DNA of 64,000 nucleotides from Malacoraja senta (Eukaryota): NCBI GenBank assembly GCA_038087875.1, contig CM075978.1, positions 81,530,001 through 81,594,000 of the forward strand, in the 5' to 3' direction. Below are positions 38,891 through 50,523 of this stretch, in pieces; the stretch's first letter is position 1, and each line of letters starts with the position of its first letter. Under the pieces are notes generated by a model that did not search any database, had not been told where the DNA came from, and saw only the letters and a program-made list of their open reading frames with translations. Position numbers and translations under genes: made by a program.

Positions 38891-39539
38891 CCAGGCTGGA
38901 AGTCTCTGATAATCTTAAAGCAGTATTTGTATCTTATTTAAAAATGTGCTGCTGATGGGAAAGTAAATTAATATAAGGAGAAATACAGGGGCGGTGGACA
39001 ATGAAGACTCATGCCAGCTCATGATGGTGTTTCATTGCTTGTGTGGGAAGTGGAGCCAAGATAGATCTTGCAATAATGAGATGGATTTGGCCACTATTCT
39101 GGGAACGTGAGGAAACCTGGTTAGACGTAGCTACCCATGAGGTTTGTAAACATACTCCTAACCATTAATGCCTGAAAGAAAAACCTGGATTATAAATTCT
39201 AAACTTGCATTTGGAAAGGCAAGGATTGATTGGGACTACTCAGCATGTGTTCTTTTTGTGTGGGAAATCATGTCATGAATTTTAGTTTTTTGAAGAGGTG
39301 ACGATGAGGATTGAGATGGGCTGGGAAATAGATTTTATCTACATGAACTTTGTCCAAGGCATTTGATAAGGTTCTGCATGATCTGCAAGACTGGAAGGTT
39401 AGATCTTGAGGTCCGGGGTGAGCTAGTCAATTGGATACAAAGTTGACAGTGGAAGGAGTCAGACAGTAGTAGTATCGGGCTATTGTTCAGATTTCATGCT
39501 GTGACCAGCGGTGTCTCTCTGGGATCAGTCATATCTGTT

Positions 39540-39832
39540 GGGGGCAGCACGGTGGCGCAGCGGTAGAGTTGCTGCCTTACAGCGTCAAAGACCCAGGTGC
39601 TGTCTGTATGGAGTTTGTACGTATCCCCGTGACCTGCGTGAGTTTTCTCCAGGTGCTCCAGTTTCCTCCTACTCTTGGAAGACGTACAGGTTTGTAGGTT
39701 AATTGGCTTCGTTAAAAATTATAAATTGTCCCCAATGTGTGTAGGATAGTGTTAGTGTGCAGGGATTGCTGGTCGGCGTGGACTCAGTGGGTCAAAGGGC
39801 CTGTTTACGCGCTGTATTTCTAAACTAAACTA
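39540..39832 (+). mobile_element. V-SINE
   Basis: ggggcagcacggtggcgcagcggtagagttgctgcc, V-domain, (taaac)n; B-box region deleted. Confidence 0.92.
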
Positions 39833-40428
39833 GTGCTAACAATTTGGATGACAATGTTGTTAACATGGTTAGTGAGTTTGCCGATGACACCAAAATTAGT
39901 GGCGTAGTGAAGAAAGTTATCTAAGACTATAATGGAATCTAGATGAAATAGGGAAGTGGTCGAAAGAATGAAGTGTTGCAGAACAGAGACATTTCGGGGT
40001 ACAGTCACATTGTTCTCAGAAAGTGGTGTAAAACTACACAAATTTTCAGGGGGACTATTGTGTGTAGTTCAGATCGTCGAATTATAAGAAGGATGTCATT
40101 AAGATGGAAAGGTTGCAGAAAAGATTCAGAAGGATGATACATGAAGGGCTTGAGTTCAAAGGAGAAACTGGATAGGCTGGGATACTTTTTCTTGGAATGT
40201 AGAATGTGGAATGTTGAATGCCTTGATATAAAATCATGAGGGTTGTAGATAAGTCTGAATGATCACTGTATTTTTTCCCGGGATATGGGAGTTTAAAACA
40301 AACAATGGGCAAAGATTTAATATGAAAGAGGAAAGATAGACAATGAGGAGCAAATGAACAATAAGGGATCTTTTGGTGGCAACATTTTCAAACATAAGTA
40401 TTTGGAATGAACTACCAAAGGAGACAAA

Positions 40429-41412
40429 TCAAGAGAGTTTATTGTCATGTGTCCCAGATAGGCCAATGAAATTCTTGCTTGTTGCAGCACAACAGAATAT
40501 TGTAGTCAGGCACGGAAATCGCTTCCAAAATATGGGGGGGACCGGGGGACAGGGGGGACACAATTTCTTGGCGGCCGGGCGCACATGCGCACTCACACGC
40601 GCAAAGCTTCGGAGACTCAATCCAGCGCTAAATGCAGCTCAACTCTGCCTGTCTCGCCGGGTTAACCTACAGCCCTGCCTCGACTGATGGGACACCAGCG
40701 CTGCTTCTCCGCGCTGACTGTAAGCCTGGTCCATATTTCCTGTAAGTCCAGGCAGGGCTGTAGGTTAACCTGGCGGGACAGGCAGAGTTGAGCTGGGTTT
40801 AGCGCTGCTTCTCTTCGCTGGCTGTGGGCCTGGGGGCACCGCTCCCGTCTGACTTCCGACGTCTCTGGCCACCCATGGGGGGGGGGCGGCACTCGGGTGG
40901 GGACCGGACAACGCCCCGGGATCGATCCTGGCTGCGGATGAGGCGCAGGTCTGTGCCGAGAGTGTTTTGGCACGTCTCCCTCCTCCAATCACCACGCTCT
41001 ATCCTCAGTCCATCCCCCCCTACTCCTCCCTCCTCCAATCATCGCGCTGAATCATCATGTCCCGCCCCTATTGCCTGCTGACCGACGTCTCTCATCCAAT
41101 CGGTGCCCTCGATCAGCAGTCCCACCCCCATCTGTCTCGCGGAAAGCGGAGATTTCACCGGGTTTTAAAATCCGGATTACAAAAACTGGGGGGGGATCGT
41201 CCCCCACCTCTCAAAACAGAGGGGGTATGTGCCCCCCCTGGCCCCCCCGGGATTTCCGCCCCTGATTGTAGGCATAAGTACAGAACAGATCAGTGTGTCT
41301 ATATACCATAGACCATATATATACACATAAATAAACAGATAAAGTGCAATAGGCTGTTATAGTTCAGAGTTGATTTGAAGTTGTGTTTAATAGTCTGATG
41401 GCTGTGGGGAAG
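40429..41412 (-). mobile_element. Rex1/Babar-type 3' tail split by the hAT element
   Basis: tcaagagagtttattgtcatgtg...caatgaaattcttgcttg is similar to 9752-9830; ends gatggctgtggggaag. Confidence 0.75.
40507..41264. mobile_element. Non-autonomous hAT-type DNA transposon, 758 bp
   Basis: TIRs CAGGCACGGAAATC and GATTTCCGCCCCTG; 8-bp TSD ATTGTAGT (40499-40506) and ATTGTAGG (41265-41272); GC/CpG-rich. Confidence 0.9.
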
Positions 41413-43424
41413 TTGAGGCAGGTATAATTATAATATTTAAAAGGTATTTCGACAAGTAGGTGGATAGGAAAGGTTTAGAGGTGTATGGGTCAAATGCAAG
41501 CAAATGGAATTAGCTCAGGTCGACTTTGAGCGGCATGGATATGTTCTGTGCTGCATGATTCCATGCTTTCTGCATCGCTTGTGGCCCAGTATTTAGCTCT
41601 TGACAAATGACAATTGATGCAAGAGTTAATATCACCATTCTCAGCCCTCTTGCTTGTTCCAGCCTTGAATTGCTAGTGCAGATGACATTATTTAAACAGA
41701 TCTATGTATTATAAACAGGAAGTCACACTTTTTTGGGAAATAACTCTAAATAACATAAAGTGAGGACGGGTTAGAAACAACCTTGACCTTGACTAGTTTC
41801 TGCAACTGGGCCAAGTTAAAATCAAAGCCAAGGAACGTAACATAAAAGAAATAATAAAAAATGGTTGATACTGACATTGTGGTTAAATGCCAAAGTAACT
41901 GTTTGGTCGACAAACCACGTAAATCAAGTAACTTAATAAATTGTGCAATTGTATATATCTGAACTATTGCTGTGAAAGTGAGAAGTAACTCATTAAAGCA
42001 ATCATAGATTTGTTACTTAGCATTTTTCTTTTCAAACCATTAAGATGCAACTAAGTTGTCTTTCAGATATTGTAAAATTGCTTGCACAATTCTGGCGTCT
42101 TGATCAGTCCTAACCTTTTTCATTGTTTTCAAAACAATGTTGTCCTGTGTTTGGACACGCTCTAAATTGCCTTTACCACGTATTTCTCTTCTATATCCAT
42201 CTTTAAAACTCTCTTAATGTGCTTCTCTTTTATCTGGGATTTTGGTTCCTTGTTCTGTAACCAGGAGCAGTTGTAGCTAGCCTTGCTCTTGAAGGAATCT
42301 GGTCCCCCTTCTTGTACCACATCTTCAGCAATAGTACTGGGCGCCAAGAGAACTTGTGCAAAACGGAAAGCTTTAGATTCCTGAGCACGAGAGAGATTCT
42401 TTGTTAGCAGACATTCTGCTCATGGAAAACATTTTGCACTTTGGCAGGGACACAGGGTCAAAGAGCACAGAAACAGGGCCCTTGGTCCAGCTTGTCCATA
42501 CTTACCTAGATGCCCCATCTAAGCAGGTCCCATTTACCCATAGAAATCCCACTTGGCTCACCAATATACCTCTCCAACACACAAAAAATCCAGAAGAGTT
42601 ATGATTCACTTCTGTATTAAACCCAGAACAAACCAAACAATACATCAGTTTCTATCTGCCACATTAGCTGATTCGATCTCAGAATATTGGAAATATTGCC
42701 CTTAAAACAGCATTCTTTTTCTTAGTTCCAACCAAGGGTCTTGAATCTGAAATAGGAACACAATTTCTATTATCACAGATACTGCCTGACCTGCTGCGTG
42801 TTTGCTACATTTTTTAATTATTTATTTCAGATTTCTGACATTGCTGTTTTTTTATTATTATTTTCATTTGCTATATTTCCGTTTGCTCTGCTTGCAGTCG
42901 CTGTTCCTGTTGTTTCATTTCATTTCACTTCACAGCCCTATATTGTATTTTTGAATGTTTTTTGTTATCCCTCTTTATCCTACGCCTCGAAAACTCTAAA
43001 ACCCTTATTTAATCTCATCTGCTGTTTTGGGAACTCGCTGTGCATATATTATCTGTCAGATTTGCTTGCACACCATTTGTGGCTGCATTAACAAAGTAGT
43101 TAATTAGCTGTGAACTGCTTAAGAGACATCCTGTGGATGTGAAAAATGCTTTGTAAATGCAAATCTTTCTTTAAAATGCTTCATTCCTTCTTCCTCTCTT
43201 CTGTTCTGGATTATGAAACTGACACACTGGGCAGCATAACTATATAAATATACCTAATAATGATCACAGAAGCCTTGTGCCTGTGGTTATATTGAAAACC
43301 ACAGAATGGATTGGTGCATCTTCAGTGAAGCAGAAATACAATGCCTACATGCTCAGAATGAATGTACTCAAAAATGCTGGAGAAACTCAGCGGGTGCAGC
43401 AGCATCTATGGAGTGAAGGAAATA

Positions 43425-43458
43425 GGCAACGTTTCGGGCCGAAACCCTTCTTCAGACT
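43425..43458 (-). ncRNA. Minimal hammerhead ribozyme motif in a pLTR
   Basis: agtCTGAAGA-A-GGGT(TTCG)GCCC-GAAA-CGTT. Confidence 0.65.
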
Positions 43459-43565
43459 GATAGGGGGTGGGGAGAAGAAAGGAAAAAAGGCGGAGGAGGA
43501 GCCTGAGGGCTGGGGGAGGGGAGGAGACAACCAGAGGGCTGATGAAGGGGAGGGGACAGCAAGGG

Positions 43566-44735
43566 CTAGCAGAATTGGGAGAATTCAATGTTCAAGCCCC
43601 CAGGATGTAGACTGCCCAAGCGGAATATGAGGTGCATTTCCTCCAATTTCCGGTGTTGCTCGCTGTGGCCATGGAGGAGACCCAGGACAGAGAGGTCAGA
43701 TACGGAATGGGAGGGGGAGTTGAAGTGCTGAGCCACCGGGAGGTCAGGTTGGTTATTGCGGACCGACCGGAGGTGTTCGGCGAAACGATCGGCAAGCCTC
43801 CGCTTGGTCCCACCGATGTAGATCAGCTGACATCTAGAGCAGCGGATGCAATAGATGAGGTTGGAGGAGATGCAGGTGAACCTCTGTCGCACCTGGAATG
43901 ACTGCTTAGGTCCTTGAATGGAGTCGAGGGGGGAGGTGAAGGGACAAGTGTTGCATCTCTTGCGGTTGCAAGGGAAAGTACCTGGGGAGGGGGTGGTACG
44001 GGAGGGAAGGGAAGAATTGACAAGGGAGTTACGGAGGGAGCGGTCTTTGCAGAAGGCAGACATGGGGGGAGATGGGAAGATGTGGCGAGTGGTGGGGTCA
44101 CGTTGGAGGCGGCGAAACTGACGGAGGATCACTTGTTGTATGTGACGGCTGGTGGGGTGAAAGGTGAGGACTAGGGGGACTCTGCCCTTGTTGTGAGTGG
44201 GGGGATAGGGAGAGAGAGCAGTGTTGCGGGGTATGGCAGAGACCCTGGTGCGAGCCTCATCTATGGTGGAGGATGGGAACCCCCGTTCCCTGAAGAATGA
44301 GGACATTTCGGATGCCCTGGTGTGGAACGCCTCATCCTGGGAGCAGATGCGGCATAGACGGTGGAATTGGGAGTGGGGGATGGAGTCCTTACAGGAAGCA
44401 GGGTGGGAAGAAGTGTAGTCCAGATAGCCATGTGAGTCGGTAGGTTTGTAGTGGATGTCGGTAAGAAGTCTATCACCTGCGATGGAGATAGTGAGGTCAA
44501 GGAATGGTAGGGAAGTGTCGGAAATGACCCAGGTGTATTTGAGTACCGGATGGAAGTTGGTGGTGAAGCGGATGAAGTCAGTCAGTTGTGTGTGGGTGCA
44601 GGATGTGGCACCAAAACAGTCATCGATGTAGTGGAGGTACAGGTCGGGGATGGGGCCCTGGTACGCATTGAACAAGGATTGTTCTACGTACCCGACAAAG
44701 AGGCAGGCGTAGCTGGGGCCCATGCGTGTGCCCAT
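43566..44735 (-). CDS. PLE reverse transcriptase (C-terminal half/thumb), Cys-rich linker and GIY-YIG endonuclease; N-terminally truncated
   Basis: (GVA)MGTRMGPSYA, YIDD, LPFLD, YKPTD..YLDYTSSHP, PCNRKRCNTC, LIYCIRC..C..IYIG, RFAEH, GLN. 389 codons without a stop. Confidence 0.93.
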   Translation of the reverse strand: MGTRMGPSYACLFVGYVEQSLFNAYQGPIPDLYLHYIDDCFGATSCTHTQLTDFIRFTTNFHPVLKYTWVISDTSLPFLDLTISIAGDRLLTDIHYKPTDSHGYLDYTSSHPASCKDSIPHSQFHRLCRICSQDEAFHTRASEMSSFFRERGFPSSTIDEARTRVSAIPRNTALSPYPPTHNKGRVPLVLTFHPTSRHIQQVILRQFRRLQRDPTTRHIFPSPPMSAFCKDRSLRNSLVNSSLPSRTTPSPGTFPCNRKRCNTCPFTSPLDSIQGPKQSFQVRQRFTCISSNLIYCIRCSRCQLIYIGGTKRRLADRFAEHLRSVRNNQPDLPVAQHFNSPSHSVSDLSVLGLLHGHSEQHRKLEEMHLIFRLGSLHPGGLNIEFSQFC

Positions 44736-45463
44736 AGCTACGCCTTGTATTTGGACTACTTATACTATTCCACTGCTCAGAATGAATGCATTTTATCAAT
44801 TAAAACAGAATCTTATTTATTTTTTTAAACAACTTAGTGCTATTTCTTGGAGAAATTGTGTACGGTCTACATCCAAAGAGTGAAAGCTCACTTTTAGTGA
44901 AAAGGATGTGCCTGGACTGAATCACATTTGGCAAAATCAAAAAAGTAATGAAAAACAAATGGCTATGTTTGTACATACTGCATCCTGACATATTTCTGCT
45001 TCCTAAAACAAGTCACATTTATATAACGCTTTCCCTTGCATTCTTATGTTATGCAGCAGATTCTATTGTGTTATTCAAGAGAAAATTAGATGTATAAATG
45101 TATAAATAGAAAGTAGCAAAATTGGAGAAATAACAGTATAAAACTGGTGTGTTGTGCAGAGAGCTGTCACAGATGTAAATGGGACAAAAGTTATCTTGTC
45201 CTCTCGATATCTTTAAAGCTGGATATTTCCTTTTTTCCATCAATTATATCAGTATGGTTTAATATTTATTTACCACTGAAAAGGTTAATTGAATCAGTAA
45301 TTTTGTTGTGTGATGTGTTATTTGCGACAATTCTTCTGTTAGTTTTATGACATCAACACTGGTGCCAGCCAGAGATCCCATCGAATGATGCCTGCCAGCA
45401 ATAGACCTTGGAAAAACGAAAATGAAGACGTCACCAGTTTGTTCAAAGTTAATAGCATTTACC

Positions 45464-45545
45464 GTCTCGACCCGAAACGTCACCTATTCCTTCGCTTCAT
45501 ATATGCTGCCTCACCCGCTGATTTTCTCCAGCACTTTTGTCTACT
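45464..45545 (+). mobile_element. 82-bp PLE pLTR-only insert (starts in hammerhead stem II)
   Basis: 11-bp TSD TAGCATTTACC (45453-45463, 45546-45556). Confidence 0.88.
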
Positions 45546-45926
45546 TAGCATTTACCATAACATCATCAATGACTGCACACTCTAGGAAATTGTCATTTGA
45601 AAATGAATTGTAACATTGTTCTGTTACATACTGGGCTGCAGTTTATCATCATGTTTGATGTTCTTCCTTCGAAATCAAAGTATCAGATTATCAAACTATC
45701 AAAGTAATTTTCCAGCAGAAAGTTTTAGTTGCGCATTCCGCTTTATTGGGAAACTCTGGGTGCATAACCCATGGCTTTCTGTTCAGGGTGTGACAGAGAA
45801 ATTCCAAACAATGCAAGCTTAGGACAGTTTGGCTTTTGTTCAGGTACCCTGTTGTTAGATTGCAGCTTCATGGCAGAGAGTAAATTAAGAATCTTAAATT
45901 TGAGTGGTAGGATATGCTATAACCTA

Positions 45927-46373
45927 AGTGTAGGCGAGACCAAGCACAGGCTTGGCGATTGTTTCACTGAACACATCCACTCAGTCCACCTTAACCTACC
46001 TGATCTCCCGTTTGCTCAGCACTTTAACTCCCCCTCCCATTCCCAATCTGACCTTTCTGTCCTGGGCCTCCTCCATTGTCAGAGTGAGGCCCAGCGCAAA
46101 TTGGAGGAACAGCACCTCATATTTCACTTGGGTAGCTTACACCCCAGCGGTATAAGCATTCTCCTCTAACTTCAAATAGCCCTTGCTTTCCCTCTCTCTC
46201 CATCCCCTCCCCCTTCCCAGTTCTCCCACCAGTCTTACTTGCTCCAACTACATCCTATCTCTGTCCCGCCCACTCCCCTGACATCAGTCTGAAGAAGGGT
46301 CTCGACCCGAAACGTCACTCATTCCTTCTCTCCAGAGATGCTGCCTGTTACTCCAGCATTTTGTGTCTACCTT
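45927..46373 (+). mobile_element. 5'-truncated PLE (GIY-YIG C-terminus plus pLTR)
   Basis: VGETKHRLGDCFTEH...AQHFNSPSH...RKLEEQHLIF; 12-bp TSD TGCTA(T/C)AACCTA (45915-45926, 46374-46385). Confidence 0.93.
46286..46319 (+). ncRNA. Minimal type-I hammerhead ribozyme motif
   Basis: AGT-CTGAAGA-A-GGGT(CTCG)ACCC-GAAA-CG-TC|ACT. Full core, stem I AGT/ACT, palindromic ACGT in place of helix III, GUC cleavage triplet. Confidence 0.72.
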
Positions 46374-46522
46374 TGCTACAACCTATCACTGTTTCTGAAG
46401 GTATGACTGCAAGCCAACTTGTAGCTGGAACTGATAATGAAGCTGCTATTTTAAAGTTAAATGTTAATTCTTAATTATACCTTTTGATGCATTATTATAG
46501 CCTGTGCCGCTAAATTATATTA

Positions 46523-46905
46523 TAGCGCACAGTGCCGCAGCAGTAGAGCTGCTGCCTTACAGGGCAAGACACGCGGGTTCGCAGTCAAGCACAGCAGAAC
46601 AGGTATGAGCTGTTGGAGCATATGACCCACTCAAAAAGAGTCCCAGGACTACAGGTGCTGTCTGTATGAAGTCTATATGCTCTCCTTGTGACCGCGTGGG
46701 TTTTCTACAGGCGCTCCGGCTTCCTACCACATACCAAAGACATATAGGTTTGTAGGTTACTTGGCTTTAGTAAATTGTAAAATTGTCCCGATTGTGTGTA
46801 CGATAGTGCTATTGTGCGGGTGATCACTGGTCGGCGAGGACTCGGGGAGGAGGGGGTGGGGAGGTCGAAGAACCTATTTCCGTGTTGTATCTCTAAAATC
46901 TAAAT
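46523..46905 (+). mobile_element. V-SINE carrying a locally templated insertion
   Basis: Head, V-domain and tail are present; foreign sequence occupies 46581-46650. Confidence 0.9.
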
Positions 46906-48086
46906 AAATAATACCTGATCAATTGAGTGGAAGCTGGGCAGCCAAATCTGCTGACGAGGAACTCTGTTAGAATTTTACATCATATTTGACGCCGTAGAAA
47001 TATATGGCTCCTGACCGATCTCAAATCCCAGGACTGAGTGGGTCACCTGCTCCAACAGCTCATTCTTGTTCTGCTGTGCTTGACTGCTGATGCAGCAGCT
47101 GCTGCTATATAGCTGATACAATATGCTCTCATCTTATCCAAAAGTCTGCACCCTTTGGCTTAGCAATTAGAGGAGAAATGATGGTTGGTCATAAATCACA
47201 GATCAAATCAATTTCTTAGCTTGGTCATGAAATCGTTGTATTAAACAGAATAAGAAAAGAAGTGTGAAAAAATACATTTGTTAATCATTAAGTTTGGTTT
47301 GGGTTTTAAGATTAACAAACTGTTAAAGGTTGCCCTGGTACTTGTCTCCAATGTAAGCAGAGCTGGCAATGTCAATTGCACCATATGTGCTACTTGCATA
47401 GCACAGCCCAATAACTCCTCTGTGGAGAAAAGAGGGCCGGAAACAAACTCATGCACAACTATCTTGTAAGCAAGTATGCCAAAAAAACTTAGACCAGAGT
47501 TCCCTTTACACCTACCTGGGCAGATACCAATACTTAATTTAGTCCTGAAGGCCAACAAATAGCATTTTATTTTGTAGAACATAATCTATGTTGTAGCCAG
47601 GAAAATGTCAGTTACCTATATTATTGATGTAAAATGTAATGGACTGGTTTGGACATTTAGTTAAAAGAGAATCTGGAAAAAATTAAAACATGATTGTTTC
47701 TTTTTTTACTTTTTAATGAGGAAATGTGTAGTTTGTTTTTTTAATTTCTATCATTTGTGTGGTTGATATCTAAGAAGAGACAACATAAGCTGTTTAGTGT
47801 TTGTGGGACTAACTGTAAAATTTATCTTGATTTTACTTTTTACATTTTTGAATTCCATTTTAAAAGATATAAAACTTACATTTTTATCAGAGATGTGATC
47901 TAATAATAAAAGAAAATAGCTTTCATGAATGGGTATCATGGGAAATGAGAAATCTAGATAATGTACTTGCAATTAGCATTTCCATCTTTTTCTGGTTTTA
48001 ATTTTATCACTCAGTTAGTCACGGAATCCTGGTTTCTCTCCTGGTCTCTGCAGTTTTAAGTACTAAGCTACATTCTCTTTTTTAGA

Positions 48087-48303
48087 GTGACAAGGAACTG
48101 CAGATATTGGAATCTTGAGCAAAACACAAAGTGCTGGAGGAACTCAGTGGGTCAAACAGTATTAGTGGAGGCATTGGACAGGGGTCGTTTCAGGTCAGGA
48201 CCCTTCTTCAGACTGAAGGAAGGTCCTGACCTGAAACGTCACCTGTCCATTCCATCCAGAGAGGTTGCCTGAGCTGTTGAGTTACTCGAGCACTTTGCAT
48301 TTT
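48087..48303. mobile_element. Palindromic pair of PLE pLTR ends (back-to-back)
   Basis: The minus copy ...gtttcaggtcaggacccttcttcaga abuts the plus copy ctgaaggaaggtcctgacctgaaacgtcacc...gagttactcgagcactttg. Confidence 0.88.
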
Positions 48304-48681
48304 CATCTCTATTCTCTTCTTTCAATTTTCTCTCTGGCACTTGTACCATCTTCTGTCACTAATGGCTCAGCTTTCACTTTTCAGCAGAAGCATCACAAAG
48401 TAGGTCGTATGCCCAAACGAGGGCAGCAGACAGCCTTGGCTGAGCTTCAGTTTCAAGCTTTGTTAACTTCCCACCTCCTGTAAGTCCAGAGGGCCAGCTG
48501 CAGGAGAAGCTGTTACAATTGGAAGGCAAGGATTTTCTGCTGGAGACGGTGAGAAAGTCACTTCTCACTAGGCATTAGGACAGTGCTCGGAAGAGAATCT
48601 CACTCTGTGGCTAGCATGTGTGAGGCCAAGCCTCTGTGTTTGATCCAGATGAGCTATTATTAACATCTTTGAAATGTACCA

Positions 48682-48769
48682 TTCTGGGCCTGCTGCCCAT
48701 TCCCAGCATGTTTACCCAGACAGGGATGCCTCTGGTAAAACATGCTGGGAATCGGCAGCTGGCCCAGAA
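48682..48769. repeat. 88-nt hairpin (39-nt arms, 10-nt loop)
   Basis: ttctgggcctgctgcccattcccagcatgtttacccaga versus the reverse complement of tctggtaaaacatgctgggaatcggcagctggcccagaa. Confidence 0.92.
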
Positions 48770-49729
48770 ATAACAGATCAGGGCCTGATGGTGTTGTCAG
48801 AACCTGAAGAGCATTTTTAAACAGGGCCCACTGGCTTGGGATTAATGTTCTTGCCACCTGCAATTTGAAATTGTAGTCATCTCGATTAGCATGGGTAATA
48901 ACTTCACTTGCCCACTAATCAACTCCCTTGTCCGTGATCTCTCTTTCACTGCTTCAGAAGACCATTCACTTATAAAATATCAGGAAAAGAAAAAAAAACG
49001 TCCATGATTCGTTTAGTTCAAATCGCTGTTATGTAAATCATGGCGGCACGGAGCGCAGTCTGGAATAAACGGATTACGCTGTACTTATTTGGATTAACTT
49101 GATACATTGTAAAGATTCCTGTCACAATGAATGCAGCAAGGCTAATTGTAATGTCTATGGAAAAATAATTAGACTCAAACCTGCAACGTTTCTTTACAAA
49201 TATAACCTTACTTCACATCTTCTTGTATCATTCTTTGTTCTGTTGACTTTGCGAACATTATGATTTTGTGCTTTCAGCCCAAATTAAATCCATTAAAAAG
49301 AGATTTAGTTGTGCTTATACTCCATGGAAGTGTACTAATTAGAGTGACAATAGACTGGATAATGAAGGAATATGTAGATGAAATGCAAATGTAATTACAT
49401 CTTTCTTGCTTGTGTGGAAGGTAAACCTCATCATGGGATCCCTGGGTCAAATCGCTTCTTGTTACAACTTTTGTATATCTCTGTCAGCTGAGGAAATATA
49501 ACTTATGTTGCCTTTGAATCTTGGAATTCTTACCCAGCTGTGACCTTCAAGTCAAAACCTGGCCCATGACAGTAGCATTTATGTTATTTCCATTCTCAAC
49601 CCTCTTGGAAATTTTGAAATGTATAATTAACAAAAATAATTTTAGAGTTAGAGCGATGTGCTATACTCCTGCTTATGTGCATGAGTACAGGAAATGTTAA
49701 CACAGCTATAAGGATAATACATTGTGATA

Positions 49730-50520
49730 TCTCCCTGAAAGTGGTGACACAGGCAATTACAGTGTATGGTATGATTGCTTTCATCAGTCAGGGCATTGGG
49801 TATAAGATTCAGGAAGTTATTATGTAGCTTTCAAGAGAGAGATAGATTTAGCTCTTAGGGCTAAGATAATCAAGGGCTATAGAGAAAAAGCCGGAACGGG
49901 GTACTGATTTTGGATGATCAGCCACGATCATATTGAATGGCAGTGCTGGCTCGAAGGGCCAAATGGCCTACTCCTGCACCTATTTTCTATGTTTCTATGT
50001 TTATGAATCTTTGGTGAGGCTGCATTTGGAGTATTCTATGCAGTTTTGGTCACCCGATAACAGAAAGGATGTGAAGGCTTTGAAGAGAGTTTAGAAGAAT
50101 ACTGTCTGGATTAGAGTGTATTAGCTATAAAGAGAGGATTGACAAATTTGGATTGTTTGGTCTTGAGTGTCGAAGATTAAAGGGAGACTGGATGTAAGTG
50201 TGTAAAATTAAAGGCATAGGTAGGATAGACAGTCAGAATATTTTCCCAGAGAGGCAATGTCAAAGACTGGAGGCCATAGCTTTAAGGTCAAAAGGGGAAA
50301 GTTTAAATAAGGTGTGCATGGCAAGTTTTTATGACGAGAATGCTGAGTACCTGGAATGTGCTGCCAGAGGTGGTGGGGAAAGCAGATATAATAATGGCTT
50401 TTAAGAGGCTTTTAGACACATGTATATGCAGGGCACAGATCATGTGCAGGTAAAGGAGATTAACTTGGCATTTTGTCCTGCACAGAAATTATGGGCTAAA
50501 GGGCCTGTTCCTGTTCTGTA
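49730..50520 (+). mobile_element. CR1 3' fragment with a younger CR1 tail (~49835-50000) nested inside
   Basis: ttggtgaggctgcatttggagtatt...cagttttggtcacc; nested tail ends (tttctatg)n. Confidence 0.82.
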
Positions 50521-50523
50521 ATA

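Larger units (their letters stand above)
38960..41565 (+). mobile_element. Old CR1 copy hosting a SINE, a LINE tail and a hAT element
   Basis: Degenerate QHGF/KSC, KAFDKV, VSEFADDTK; ggaatgaactaccaaaggag resumes at gttgaggcagg (41412). Confidence 0.8.
43365..44757 (-). mobile_element. Young 5'-truncated Penelope-like element (Neptune-type)
   Basis: Intact partial ORF plus pLTR; 15-bp flanking duplication TGCTCAGAATGAATG (43350-43364, 44774-44788). Confidence 0.95.

Noticed and set aside
40373-41311. Cluster of overlapping ORFs and a CpG-island-like promoter
   Set aside because: It lies within a TIR/TSD-bounded GC-rich hAT element and has no transposase motifs.
48384-48548. Plus-strand exon candidate (PEGQLQEKLLQLEGKDFLLET)
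   Set aside because: There is an in-frame TGA between the acceptor and this peptide, and no recognisable homology.
48731-48756. GTAAAACAT resembles the miR-30 5' end
   Set aside because: The seed differs from TGTAAACATCC and the rest does not match.
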